Shown here in pieces: positions 33,697-45,631 of a stretch of 64,000 nt of DNA (positions within the stretch are counted from its first letter, which is position 1; each line of letters begins with the position of its first letter). The translations under genes and the position numbers were made by a program. The DNA is from Octopus sinensis (Eukaryota). The stretch covers positions 203,670,001 through 203,734,000 of the forward strand of contig NC_042997.1 in NCBI RefSeq assembly GCF_006345805.1, given 5' to 3'. Below the pieces are notes generated by a model, which saw only the letters and a program-made list of their open reading frames with translations, searched no databases and was not told the DNA's origin.

Positions 33697-36600
33697 ACAT
33701 CATCATCATCAATTAATATCTGCTTTCCATGCTAGCATGATAAGCCGGAGAGCTGCATCAGGATCCAGTCTGATTTGGCCTGGTTTCTACAACTGGATGC
33801 CTTTGTAATGGGTGCTTTTTATGTGCCACTTACATGACACCGGCAATGGCCACGGCTACGATTTTACAAGTGCCATTTACATAACACTGGCAACATATAT
33901 TTTATCCATTCTTTTGAGTATGTGATTGCATCGTACCAGTGAAAAAAATATTCAGAGAAGTTAATGTATTAAACCTGCTATTGTGTGTGTACATATCTAT
34001 ATGTCTATGTGTGTATGTGCACATGTAACTGAGAATCAGATCAAATGATTAGAGGAACCAACAGTTTAGAATATGCGTGTGTTTATATATATATTTATAT
34101 AACTAGCACCTGTGCTGGTGGCATGTAAAAAGCACCTTTCAAGCGTTGGGTCTCATGGAGGCAATGACTGAGACCTTTGGCTATATGCCATGCTTGAGTT
34201 GAAGACCCATCAAGCCAAGTGAAATCGTAGTTGTGGCAGATACTGGTGTCACACAACTGGCACCTGTGCTGGTGTCATGTAAAAGCACCCATTACACTCT
34301 TGGAGTAGTTGGCATTAGGAAGGGCATCCAGCCGTAGAAATCATGTCAAATCAGACTGGAGTCTGTGCAGCTTCTCGGTTTGTTAGCATGGACAACAGAC
34401 ATTAAATAATGATGTGTATGTATATAGATACACACACATACACATGTATCATAAAATAGCATGCTGAAAGCTTGAATACATATACACACATGTTTATATC
34501 AATAGCTTTGGTCAGAAATTATATCAGTTCTCTTGTGTCCATGTATTGCATTGAGAAAACAAAAGTTAACACAGAGCCTTAGTCACATAAAAACATAATT
34601 GTTTGTAATCATTATCTAAAGTTTAAATATCATACACATGATTTGAGTGACTGATGTAAGAATAATTAATCATAAATGGCTATTAGTCATTGAATGGAAT
34701 ATAGAAAAGTTACTCTTTAACTGCAGGCCAGTCTGATTCAGCAGATGTTCGAGCTGTGACCATCCTGTCTTTGGAATAGCTGTGTCTATGACTAGACTGT
34801 CCAATATGTCCTTCTGTTTTGAAACGGTATTTCTAAAGATTGAGCATAGATGTGCCTTTGTTGGTTCACATCTGAAGAGCATTATAGTCTGTGATGTCAT
34901 ATGACAGATGGAGAATATCTGACTGTAGAATTAAACTACTCAAGGAATGTTATACATAAATATGTTTCTTTATAGATCTATTCAACCCATCTGTGTAAAA
35001 AGGGATGTTAAATCTATGATAATAAAGAGCAAAATAATCTGAATTGTCATGTTTATTTCCGATATTTTTCATATTAGAGTGTTTTTATAGATTTTTTTTT
35101 TGTATTTGTATTACATACAGTAGTAAAATATTTCCTTTAAAATTATTATTTCTATTTTCTTGTTTATAAAAAAAAAAACCTTTCACCAGTCAAGTGATGC
35201 CATAGAGATGTGTGAATTCAATGTAAAAGTATCAAGCAGTTGGAAATCTATGTCTGAGGATGCCATCTGGTCCATTTGTGAACCTTCTTCTTGTCCTCTC
35301 TGGCCTCCACTTTGCCCACTTAGACGTAATCCATTCGACACAGTGAAATATAGCGATCTTCTTGAGAAGCAACTTTGTGATTTAGTCGTTGCATACAGAC
35401 AGGTAATATAAATATGTTCTGAAATATTGATTTAACCAGTCCACGATGTTATTTGGAAGAGATAATATTTTTTCTTCCTTGAAATATCCCCAAACTTTGT
35501 TTCAAGTTAATTTATTTACATTATTCTTATTGCCCTCATAAATTTTGTAGATGGAACCTCTGCACAGAAGCCCATGATTGTGCTTATCTTTACTGGTATA
35601 AAAAAACAGTTTTGTGTCAAGAACCCTTACTTAGTAATTTGACAAAATGTAGATCAATAAAATAAATACCAGATTGAAATCAATTCATTCGATTAAAAAT
35701 CCTTCAAGGTGGTGCCCCAGGATGGCCGTAGTCTAATAACTGAAACAAATTAAAGGGAAAAGAATGTTCTAATGATTTTGCCAACTTGCTGCCTGTGGCA
35801 ATAATAATGAAAGTATTGTTTTTATTTATTTCCCAGAATGAAGGTCTTACAACTCAGTGGGACCACGAACTTTCTTACTTACTGACATCTTTGCTGTCTT
35901 CTCATGAATGTGAACGAATTACAGGTAAGCACTCATTTTAATCTCAGCCATCTAACTTCACAGTTTCAGGTTCGGTCCCGTTGTGGCACTTTGGGAATAT
36001 GTTTTTCATGCTGTGGTGTAGAGACATTGCCAAAACAGATGACTGGAGTGTGGTGCAGCCTTCTGGCTTGTCAGCTCCTTCCTGTCAAACTGTCCAACCC
36101 ATGCCAACATGGAAAACAGATGTTAAATGACAATGGTTTCTCAACCACATGGTTTTAGGTTCAGTCCCATTGTGTGGTCATCATCATCATCATCATTGTT
36201 TAACGTCTGTTTTCCATGCTGGCCTGGGTTGGACGGTTTGACTGGGGACTGGCAAGCCAGGAGGCCACACCTGGCTCAATCTGATCTGGCAAAGTTTCTA
36301 CAGCTAGATGCCCTTCCTAACGCCAACCACTCCGAGAGTGTAGTGGGTGCTTTTTATGTGTCACCGGCATGGGAGCCGGTCAGGCGGCACTGGCATCAGT
36401 CACGTTCATATGGTGCTTATTGCATGCCACCAGCATGGGAGCCAGTCAGGCAACACTGGCATCTGCCACAACTACAATTTCCATTTCATTGTGATTTGAT
36501 TTGATTTTGATTTTAGGAAAGTGTTTTCTACTTTCTAACCACGGGGTTTCAGGTTCAATCCCATTAGAGCACCTTGGGAAATTTTTTCTTCCAAATTATA

Positions 36601-39600
36601 TGGTAAACTAGTTCAGTGTCACTACGCTGCACCTTAGACAAGTGTTTTCTGCTATAGCCATAGGCTGGCCAAAACCTTCTGAGTGAATCAGGAGAAAACT
36701 GGAAGAAACCCATCACCTGTTGTGTGTATGTTTGTATGTATTTGTGCTCTAAGAAGGTTGCTTGCTGTGTTAATATTTCTTCTTCTGTCAACAAATCATC
36801 TACTCACTTCATGCATTCAAGAAGTCCTTTGTAAAACGGATAAGGATGATTGACAGGAAGTGCATCCAGCTGTAAAAGAATCCCACAATACTACGTTTGT
36901 TTGATCCATGCTAGCAAGGAAAACAATAGATGTAAAATCGAACTACAGAACCACTACTCTTCCATAACATGTGTAGCATATAGTAACCCATGTTGATTAA
37001 TCTAAATTATACAGTCATTTTATAACTATCTCTGGAACAATGACTCTGGTGAGCTTAGATGATAGTCGTCATCGTTTAGTGTCCAGCTTCTCTGCTACTT
37101 TGCATGGATGGTTTGACAGGATCTGTCTTCTTTGCTATGGTCTCAATGGCTGGATAGCCTTCCTGATACTAACCACTTTGCTGCATTATATATTACTAGC
37201 AATACCTAAATAAATTCCATGGTTATTTAGAAAACTCTTAGATTGTTGAAAGTTTATACAGAACCAAAAATTACATAATTTCTTTTGAAATTGTATTTTC
37301 TGAAGCATTTCATTTTTGAGATGATGTAAAGTCCACATAGGTAGTATAGAAGGTGCAGCCTTTGGAGAGAACATCTTTGAAAACCATATTCTTTATTATG
37401 CTCTTTACAGTTATCACTTATCTTTTATGTCAAGAAGTGAATGTGCTCCAGAAAGTATTACATATATTGTCCATGAGAATTTTCAATTTTAAATTGTACT
37501 AATTATGTGAAATCTTTGCTTGTGAAGGTTTTACTGCTGGTAATGAAGAATTTCAAGATGCCTTGCGGCAAGCAATTCCTGAGAAACATACTTTCAGTGG
37601 TTTTCCGATTCAACAAGCACACACAAACATTAAAAAGTTGTTCCATGAAGCTCTGAAGTAAGTTTTTAGCTTTTATTTTCATTTGTGTTTTTTTGTTAAA
37701 AAAAATTGAAACTTTATTATGACCTCTGGCAGCTGACTTGGCAGACACCCATAAAATTATTAACCATCTTACAAACAATAACTCTGAGCACCTTTTCAAA
37801 CTCCACCTGTCTAACACCCGTGGACATGTTTACAAAGTCAGAAAACAGCACAGCTCCCATGACTTTCGGAAACATTTTTTCACGCTAAGAGTTGCTGAAG
37901 CATGGAACAAACTGCCGGCATCAGTTGTTAGTTGTCGGAGCATTGCATCCTTCAAAACTTCCATGCTTCCTGAGATTCGCCAACACTACACCTGATTTTC
38001 TCCCCTCCATACACATGCAAGCATGTATCTGACTCATACACTGTTCACTTTCCAGACATTTGTACATTACTGCATATGCTTTATATGCACTTTTGATAAG
38101 TTGTGGTGCACCTGAACACTGTATACAATAATTTCATTATTATTATTATATACATGGCTGTGTGGTTGAGAAGTTTGCCTCCCAATCATGTAGTCTCAGG
38201 CTCAGCCCCACAACACAACACCTTGATTTAATGTCTTCTGTTATATCCTGGGCCAACCAAAGTCTTGTGGGTGAATATGGTAGATGGAAACTGAAAGAAG
38301 CCCATGTTAATGTGTGTGTGATTGTGTTTCCTCATCTTGATATTGTGAAATAATTGTAAATGAATGCCATTCACACAATCAGTGGCCTTTCATTTCCAGT
38401 CTTTCATGAAAATATGCCTGGCTATGGGAGAAATATTACCTTTCTTGGTGACAGGAAAGGTGTCTGGCTGTAGAAAATCTGCTTTAGTGAACCCTGTCTG
38501 ACCCATGTAGACATTAAAATAGTGATGATGATGATGGCGATGATTTAAATTAGGTGGCATAAAATGTGGGTGAATGAAGTTTGCACATTATCGGGGCTGT
38601 CTGGAACAGTTAAGAAGTAGGGTTCCTGCACATACACCAGTAATATACTTTCAAATAGGGTTACTTGACCAGTGGGACCTGGGGGCAAGCATCCAGTGTG
38701 CCCATGCCTTCTGATAGCACTGTACCTCTCATTGTGATTATACATAACATCTATCATGTTTAACCTCAGATTAATCCTGATAGAGCAGAACTATGATCAA
38801 AAGTAGTCCAACCAGGACCATCCTATTTTTGTATGTGCATAGGAATACATTACCTTTTGTATTTTTGCTTATTTAAAGCCAGTAGAGTGTGATATGAGGG
38901 AAATTTGGTTACTGGTTCTAGCAGGTGGAGGTTCCTTCATTGACATGTTATGTTAGAAAGTGATTCACTTTCATGTTTATTAAAATCTCTGAAATATTTT
39001 ATTAAAAGTTATGACCTTTGTCAAGTAAATACTCTTGGACTTAGCCATGTTGGTCTGTCAGACAAACATTTACTTTCTCTATTCAGCTTGTATGTGTTGT
39101 TTCACTCACTCCCCTATTTACATTGTTTGTTACATTTATTTAAGAGTGAACAGAGACAATGCAGTGTAGAGAAGACTCTTTAGTGTTGCAGAGGACAAAG
39201 CAGGCTCCCTGTTATTGGTGCCATGAAAAATTGCACTCTATACACTCTGTAAAGGTGTTAGGAAAGACATGCAACCATAGAAGCCCAGCTGCCTCCCAAA
39301 ATGGAACATACGAGTGAGATGTTCTCCAAAATGTTTAGGAAGGCAGTAACTCCGCTGCGTAAGAACTGTTTTGGACTATGACAATCTGTTCAACTCATGT
39401 AAAATTATGACAGTGATGATGATAGCACCATCATCATCATCATTGTTATTGCAGCAAGCTGGCAGAATTGTTAGCTGTATTTCTACTGGTTCATTATGGT
39501 CTCATTTTCAAATGCTGCCAAGGTGCTTATTTTATCAACTCTGAAAAGGGTGAGGAGGGTAAGTCAACCCTTGTAGCATTTGGACCCAGAATGTAAAACC

Positions 39601-39870
39601 AAAAGAAATGCTGTTAAGCATCTTTTACAGTGTGGTAACAATTCTGCCAAATCACTGTTTTCAATTACTGATATTTATTAATTACTAATTAATATAATAA
39701 CTGATATTTCTCTCATTATTTTTTTTTTCAGGTCCTCTCTTTGTCAAGACATCATTTCATGCCGAGGAGACAAAGTCCGCCTGTCCGTCAGAGTCTGTGT
39801 TTTTCCCTACCCAGAAAGTGTATGTGCAATGTGGGCCATGTTTGCTTGTGTGTGCCAAAGGATTATTTAA
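18877..39870 (+). CDS. CEP76: Centrosomal protein of 76 kDa, 12 coding exons, 1917 nt, 638 aa
   Basis: All exons have GT-AG boundaries with consistent phases, sum to an open frame, and are colinear with recalled human CEP76 (C2 and transglutaminase-like domains). Confidence 0.95.
22626..22827 (+). CDS. CEP76: CEP76 exon 2
   Basis: ttcag|PSVQNKLRSII...DVMKQLKENGTIDSLLKDV...LTD a|gtgagt. Confidence 0.82.
23657..23871. mobile_element. piggyBac-like MITE, family B
   Basis: TTAA|CCTTTTAGCATTTA...TGAATGTTAAAGGG|TTGA. A partial relative starts near 54155. Confidence 0.55.
24760..24915 (-). mobile_element. Penelope-like terminal repeat fragment with a degenerate hammerhead-like motif
   Basis: Homologous to 59740-59894. 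The minus strand reads ctttctgtcgaagagcataggctcaaaacgtgaaag. Confidence 0.55.
25070..25720 (-). mobile_element. Tc1/mariner-superfamily (maT/DD37D-like) transposase remnant in CEP76 intron 2
   Basis: Translates LTVWAAVASYRSKSPLIFIE...YIFTQNGALAHT followed by FWDKTIWPPSS.DINA.GFAIWSIL. Confidence 0.75.
26410..26628 (+). CDS. CEP76: CEP76 exon 3 (C2 domain start)
   Basis: ttttag|...LILKIQGGRAFLDHL...NQRFNTQRVPCTCDP...STQ g|gttagt. Confidence 0.92.
26676..27225 (+). repeat. Unclassified ~550-bp interspersed repeat, copy 1
   Basis: Colinear with 60212-60750 (ataaatgccctgatgcagtacc...ggcatgc..ctctctcactcaa(t/c)aataat). Confidence 0.75.
27847..28014 (+). CDS. CEP76: CEP76 exon 4
   Basis: tttcag|...LLTISDKINIVLIRT...LVASHMYDWRPVL...LIGT g|gtaatc. 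Confidence 0.92.
29852..30069 (+). CDS. CEP76: CEP76 exon 5
   Basis: ttttag|..VPVGLLEIQLQLFP...YANSWWSEYLQI...RIVKIFAQ|gtttga. Confidence 0.93.
30773..30964 (+). CDS. CEP76: CEP76 exon 6
   Basis: tttcag|DENSKNRFVCSFVKRLKANRLL...AARFV...FLCCNKG|gtgagt. Confidence 0.93.
31997..32160 (+). CDS. CEP76: CEP76 exon 7 (transglutaminase-like core)
   Basis: ctccag|GSMDHAILLCSLLLGFGLNAYVCVGTK..IHFWV...TFWESVTGL ac|gtaagt. Confidence 0.93.
33139..33352. mobile_element. piggyBac-like MITE, family A
   Basis: TTAA|CCTTTTCGATACCA...TGGTATCAAAAGGG|TTTA, homologous to 50575-50789. Confidence 0.6.
33445..33565 (+). CDS. CEP76: CEP76 exon 8
   Basis: ttgtag|g YIHKP...PYRTVGCIFNHYQFYANCQ|gtaaat. Confidence 0.93.
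35190..35402 (+). CDS. CEP76: CEP76 exon 9
   Basis: caccag|SSDAIEMCEF...WKSMSEDAI...LVVAYRQ|gtaata. Confidence 0.92.
35837..35924 (+). CDS. CEP76: CEP76 exon 10
   Basis: tcccag|NEGLTTQWDHELSYLL...ECERIT g|gtaagc. Confidence 0.92.
37528..37657 (+). CDS. CEP76: CEP76 exon 11
   Basis: gtgaag|.FTAGNEEFQDALRQAIPEKHTFSGFPI...EAL aa|gtaagt. Confidence 0.92.
37722..38148 (+). mobile_element. CR1-like LINE 3' end with (ATT)n tail in CEP76 intron 11
   Basis: C-terminal translation ...SNTRGHVYKV...RKHFFTLRVAEAWNKLP...FK followed by a 3' UTR and ttattattat tail. Confidence 0.8.
39732..39870 (+). CDS. CEP76: CEP76 exon 12 (stop)
   Basis: tttcag|g SSLCQDIISCRGDKVRLSVRV.VFPYPES.CA.W.MFAC...RII TAA. Confidence 0.93.
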
Positions 39871-40103
39871 ACAGTATTTCATTGTATAATCATTTTTACA
39901 AATGATTCCGCATCAATTTCCATCAAAGTTGAATTTTTATGACAACCTGATAAGTAAGAATCATTAAGATTAATCAGACTAATTAGACATGTTAACTTTT
40001 GTTGTTATGCATTTTGTTGGTGTGAATCTTCTTCAGCTGCACAGTTTTACTTATTTATATATTACCTTGAGTAAGGAAGTGAAGCATATATATATATATA
40101 TAC

Positions 40104-40284
40104 ATTAATTTATAATTATATTAAAGGGTGCGGATAAACCCCACCAACACGCTAGAAATAGACGCCACATGGCTAAAAGCAGGTGCTAATAGAGTGTAGA
40201 TATAGTTTTTAGAGCCATTTGGTGTCTATTTCTAGCATGTTGGTGGTTGTTTATCCGCACCCTTTAATATAATTATAAATTAAT
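40104..40284. repeat. 181-bp imperfect palindrome (MITE-like, TTAA|AGGG...CCCT|TTAA)
   Basis: Arms are reverse complements with a few mismatches around an ~40-nt loop. Confidence 0.85.
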
Positions 40285-40366
40285 ATAAATTGTAACCTGT
40301 ATGGTTTTTTTTATTTCATGCTGGCCACTTGATAAAATCATTAAAGTAGTTTTATCCTTAATTTTG

Positions 40367-40413
<47 letters not shown>

Positions 40414-40544
40414 TCAAAAGAATGTGTTATAATACTATTCCAGAGCCATACCAACAATCCAACATACCTCCATCATCAGCTGCCCCACGGATATCATTAT
40501 GGTTTCGACACCTGGACAGTACCATTCAATCTGGCGGTGTCAAT

Positions 40545-40580
<36 letters not shown>

Positions 40581-41358
40581 TTTCATCTGAAGTTTACAGT
40601 GACATGAAACTCAAGTTGTGAGATAAACTCTCAGCTTCAGCAACAGTTACATGTGTGTGTGTGTGTGTGTTTCTAGGCATATCTTTTATCTTTTACTTCT
40701 TTCAGTCATTGAACTGCCTTAAAGGGATTAATCGAACAAAAACAAATCACCCTCAGCACTTATATTTAAGTCTGTTAATTATTGTCAGTTCCTTTTGCTG
40801 AACCGCTAAGTTATGGATGTATAAAGAAATTGATACAAGTTGTCAAGCAGTGTGGTAGGGACAAAAACACACACACACATACCTATATGCACACGTGTGC
40901 ACAACTAGCTTCTATATAAAAGGCATTGGTTATCCAGGCCCTGTAATAGGGGACATCTACCCAAAGTGCCATGCAATAGGATTGAACCCAAAACTGTGGT
41001 TGCAAAGTGTTCTTAACCACACATCCATGCCTGCATGATGTGTGTTTATGTGTGTGTGTATATTTTTGACAGGGACTTAAAAGTTTTGGCCACTCAAACC
41101 ATTGTTGGACTGCTGCTGATGGCTTAACTGGTCCAAACTTTGAAGTCACTGTCACCATATTCTTGTTGAAGAATAAAGTTGTATAGAGTAACCCCTCAGA
41201 TTAATGTAAAACTGTTTTTATTATAACGAAACATAAAAGCAATAAAATATATGTAAAATTAATACTCATCATTTACAGAATAACTTCAGGGGCTGAGAGT
41301 TTCATGCACTGATTTTCCTGTTTGCATCACCAAACTTTTATATATATATATGAAATAT

Positions 41359-41599
41359 TAGAAAAAAACCACCTTTTATCAATTCAAAATGAACAATTAA
41401 ATTACACCATCTAGAAAATTACATATAATAGAAATATTAAAAATAAAATAACAATAATTTGCCGATGATTAATATACCAAATATATTAATCATCGGCAAA
41501 TTATTGTTATTTTATTTTTAATATTTCTATTATATGTAATTTTCTAGATGGTGTAATTTAATTGTTCATTTTGAATTGATAAAAGGTGGTTTTTTTCTA
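41359..41599. repeat. Perfect palindrome with 118-bp arms and a 5-nt loop (CCAAA)
   Basis: 41359-41476 is the exact reverse complement of 41482-41599 by manual check. Confidence 0.92.
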
Positions 41600-43051
41600 C
41601 TTTTTATATATATATATATTATATTTTGTGAAATTTGATTTAGTATTTCTAAATTGAATTTTTCTCTGTAAGTTAGGAATAATATTCCCTCAAATAATTA
41701 TTATATATATATATAAATGTATTAATATATAAATGTATGCCTATGGCAGCTGAAGTTATTGAACATACCAAGGATACCTCATTTCAGAAATGGTATGATT
41801 GTATTAATCCTTGATATGAATTTATTTAAACGTTTATAGAAGTAAAATTACTTTACATAGTTTATTGTTATTGTTCAATTTAAAAAGATCACCAGATATG
41901 TTATCTTTATGTAAACATCTGGACATGTTGAACATTTATTTTTTTAAAAATTAATTCTAGAAATGTTTTTTCTTGTTTGTATATTTATAATATGAAAATT
42001 TCCTTCTGTTTAAGTCATATTCATTTATTTTTAATTGGAAGCTCATTAAGTCAATATTAGAAACCATGAAGAAAATTCTGGGAGTGTCTAAATATTTTTA
42101 TCAGTTTATTTGAAGAACAGTATCATGCCAGTTTAGTTTTTGGTAACTATTACAGCTTCATGTATGGATGTTGTTTTGATACCAGTCTTTCTCAGAATTT
42201 CTTAGTTCTAAGATACTTCCTGTTTTAAAGGAATCCAAATTAAAACCTACCAACGAAATTTCATGTTACTGTATAAGATACACCTTTTTCTTTCTTCACC
42301 AAAAAAAAAATCACCCTGGATCCTAAATGCTAAGTTTGGGCTCCCATAAGCTTTATCTCTCAGCTACTATATTTGTTCACTCGAATCACTACTTTCCTGA
42401 TCACTTTCACCAGTTTGATTGTCCAAATCACTCACATTGCCTGAGTAAATGTAAACTCTTTGATTGAAGAATACACATCAATAATTTCCTCATTTGCAAA
42501 GAGTCTAAGCCTTGCTTGTTTACAAGATAAAGTGTTGAGTTCATTATATGCCTGTTTTATTATAAAATTCTTTTTTTTTTTTTTCAATTAAAAACAAGAG
42601 TGAACAACAGCTTAGATGGGGGGGCACTGTTAGCAATGAGTCATAAATACACTTGACTACAAAATAGTTGTCTGTTTTTAGTATTTTATCTTCTCTTTCT
42701 GTGTGTATTGGTCATCACTGCTTTATCAGGAATCCAGTAGCGATTTTGTTTATGCTATTCCCAGTATGCTAGGAACACGGTATGATAGGGCTAATGTATG
42801 AATAGCATTTTGATTTTGAATATGTACAACTGAAATTGGGGCACATCTAATATACCTGTGTGTCCTTTATGCTGTCAAAAGCTTAATAATACCAAAGTTG
42901 TTTTACTAAATTCTCCCTTATTTTTCAAATGAATTGAAACAGAATTTTAGCAGAAATATGGTAACAAAATGGTTAAATAACTCTTCACCTTGTGATTTTA
43001 ACCTGCTCTCATCATCGTTTAACGTCTGCTTTCCATGCATATATACATACA

Positions 43052-43083
<32 letters not shown>

Positions 43084-45631
43084 CATACATGAGTTGGATG
43101 ATTTGACTGAGGTCTAGCAAACCAGATGGCTGCATTAGGCTCAATCTGATCTGGCAGAGTTTCTACAGCTGGATGCCCTTCCTAATGCCAACCACTCCGA
43201 GAGTGTAGTGGGTGCTTTTACATGCCACTGGCATGAGGGCCAGTCAGGTGGTACTGGCAACGGCCAAGCTCAAATGGTGCTTTTTATGTGCCACCTGCAC
43301 AGGACCCAGTCCAGCGGCACTGGCAAAGACTTATTTGTGTGAAACCACATTCATGTTATCTGGAGTACTATATTTGCTGGCATAAAAGTTATCTAGGTAC
43401 ATTATTAGATGTACCCCAATTTCAGCTGCGCATATTCAGGGAGAAAAGGGTTTGGGTACATTAAGGCATGTAAAATAGGTCCAACTTTGCTTATAGGACC
43501 CAGGGTAATTTTTGATATATTTTTTTAAAAAAAAAGGGCTTTTATGTGCAGACTGATATTAGGTTTTGTTCTCTTGAACCAAGAATTACATTCTTTAAGT
43601 ACAAACAGTTTATCATTGTGAAACGACCCCACATTCTTTGGGCTCTCATGATTATATAACTGCTGCAAGCATTTTGTAAAACCATAAAACATAATTTTGA
43701 ATCAAATTTTTTTCCTGGTGTAACCATCAATTAAAACAGATGGATTATATAGATCTTGAAAGTGATTTTTTATGGTAATAATATAGTAATATGTGTGTGT
43801 GTTTGTATATTGTTTCCTTTCTAAACTGGCAAATATGCTCTGGAAAAATTTATTACAGATTTCCTTATTGGAATTAAACTGCTGAGATTAAAAGATTTCC
43901 TGATAGCTTTTTCTATCATTAGTTTATAATTTTGATAAGGGACTGATTTAAAAAAAAATCTTGCTTTCTGTGTTGCTAATTCAAAGATCAAATTTTATAA
44001 ATTACATCACTTATCATTTTACATGGTTAATCAGCATATTTGAGACTAATTAAGTCAATTTTTGATTCTCAGTAATTAAGAACTTTTTTCAGAATACAAT
44101 CAATCTCTGTAACATTTGTGAAATTCCATTAGCTGCCCACTTTTTTTCACATTTTGATCCTCTATTGACAAAGTGAAAACTATTTTGAATTTGTATTTTT
44201 GTAGTATGAAAAATGTCCTGGTGTGGGGGTAGTAGTCCCACACTAATGAAAAATGTTTACGAGCTGAGGTTATTAGTTGCACACCTAACTAGGTTTGGGG
44301 CACCAGTTTCATTCCTTAGTGGATTAAGGGTACCACACAACACTGAAACAATCTAAAGTGGATTTAATAATTGTTTCTTATTTAAGCAGATTTGAGGGGA
44401 AGAGATTCATTGATGCCATCAACCATACTCCTTGTACTTTATTGGCTCCAATGAAATAAAACGGCAAAGTTGGTCATGGCAGGATTTGAACTTAGATTGT
44501 AAAAGAGTCAAAAGAAATACTTCGAGGCATTTTGTCTGATGCTCTAATGATTCTACCAATCCACCACCCTAAAAAGTGGATTTGATAACTAAAAAGTTTG
44601 AATATTATGTGTATTAGTACTAAATACCAGATTGGAAAGGGTTATTACATATAGACCAGCTGATGTGTATCGTTGCAAAAGGGTATTAGGTAGGATCAGC
44701 TGATATTACAAGAGGTTATTCAACAGTTATTAGTGATCCTCTTGCGTAGAAATGAACTGATACATAATTCTATTTTAATACGATGATGCTAATAACCAAA
44801 TAGTTTTGGTTGAGTAAATTTTGGGGTTGTTTTTGTTGAGAAATCAACTGATTTATTGATGAACTTTCTGTGAATGAGATATTTCTCCTCTGGAGGGGGA
44901 TACTTTTTTTATAATTTGAATATTTAAAATAAAATTTTTTAAAGACTTTCTTACTATCCATATTTTTAAATAATTAAAATCTGTCCATTAAAGAAAAAAA
45001 ATATTCTGCCTATATTTGTGAAATTTGGTAGTAGTTTCCATAATTACAACTGCTGGAAAGTTGAGAAATTTCAAAACATTTTCGCAAGATTTTCTAAAAA
45101 AAATTCGTTGTAAATAGTGTATTTATATTTTGTAACCAAATTTCAAATCCAGCTGTTTCCATCAAATTCTATTTTCTAAATGTGATTTGTAACAACTTCA
45201 GTCATTTTTAGCCATTTTGTTGTACAACAACAAAGAAAAAAAAGGATAAAAGCACGACATCAAAATATTTTATATTAACATCTTGGACTGCAAAAAAAAA
45301 AGAAAAATGTTAAAAAAAATTTAATCAAATGTAACTTCATTTTGTTGTGTTATTTTTTCAAAGTCAGTTCCAGTGTTACAACTTGTTATATTTTTTTTCA
45401 TGTTATTCCTAGAGTTCAATTCTTCAACAAATATCTCTAGGTTTTATAATTCATGATTCAAAAATTGTAAGTAAAAAGAGAAAAACTCATTTTTACTGAT
45501 TGTGAAAGTTTGTTTAATAAAAATATTTTAAAATATTTTTACTTTTCTTCAATTCAGCATCTAAATAATGTTAAGTTAAACCAGGAGCTGCATCCAGCTG
45601 TAAAAAAAAAATGCCACAGCAGCCAAACATC

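Noticed and set aside
34670-34922. Minus-strand ORF (MTSQTIMLFRCEPTK...) in CEP76 intron 8 with an upstream AG and faint resemblance to a PDS5 N-terminal segment
   Set aside because: The similarity is far weaker than in the two real PDS5 exons, there is no convincing donor, and it may be an old TE remnant.
42817-43438. 36-bp inverted pair (42817-42852 and 43403-43438, 4 mismatches)
   Set aside because: The TA-ended termini face outward, so they look like ends of two separate decayed mariner-type elements rather than one structure. Homology does not extend further.
44575-44961. Possible second Penelope-like RT remnant
   Set aside because: It is too degenerate to identify any motif with confidence.
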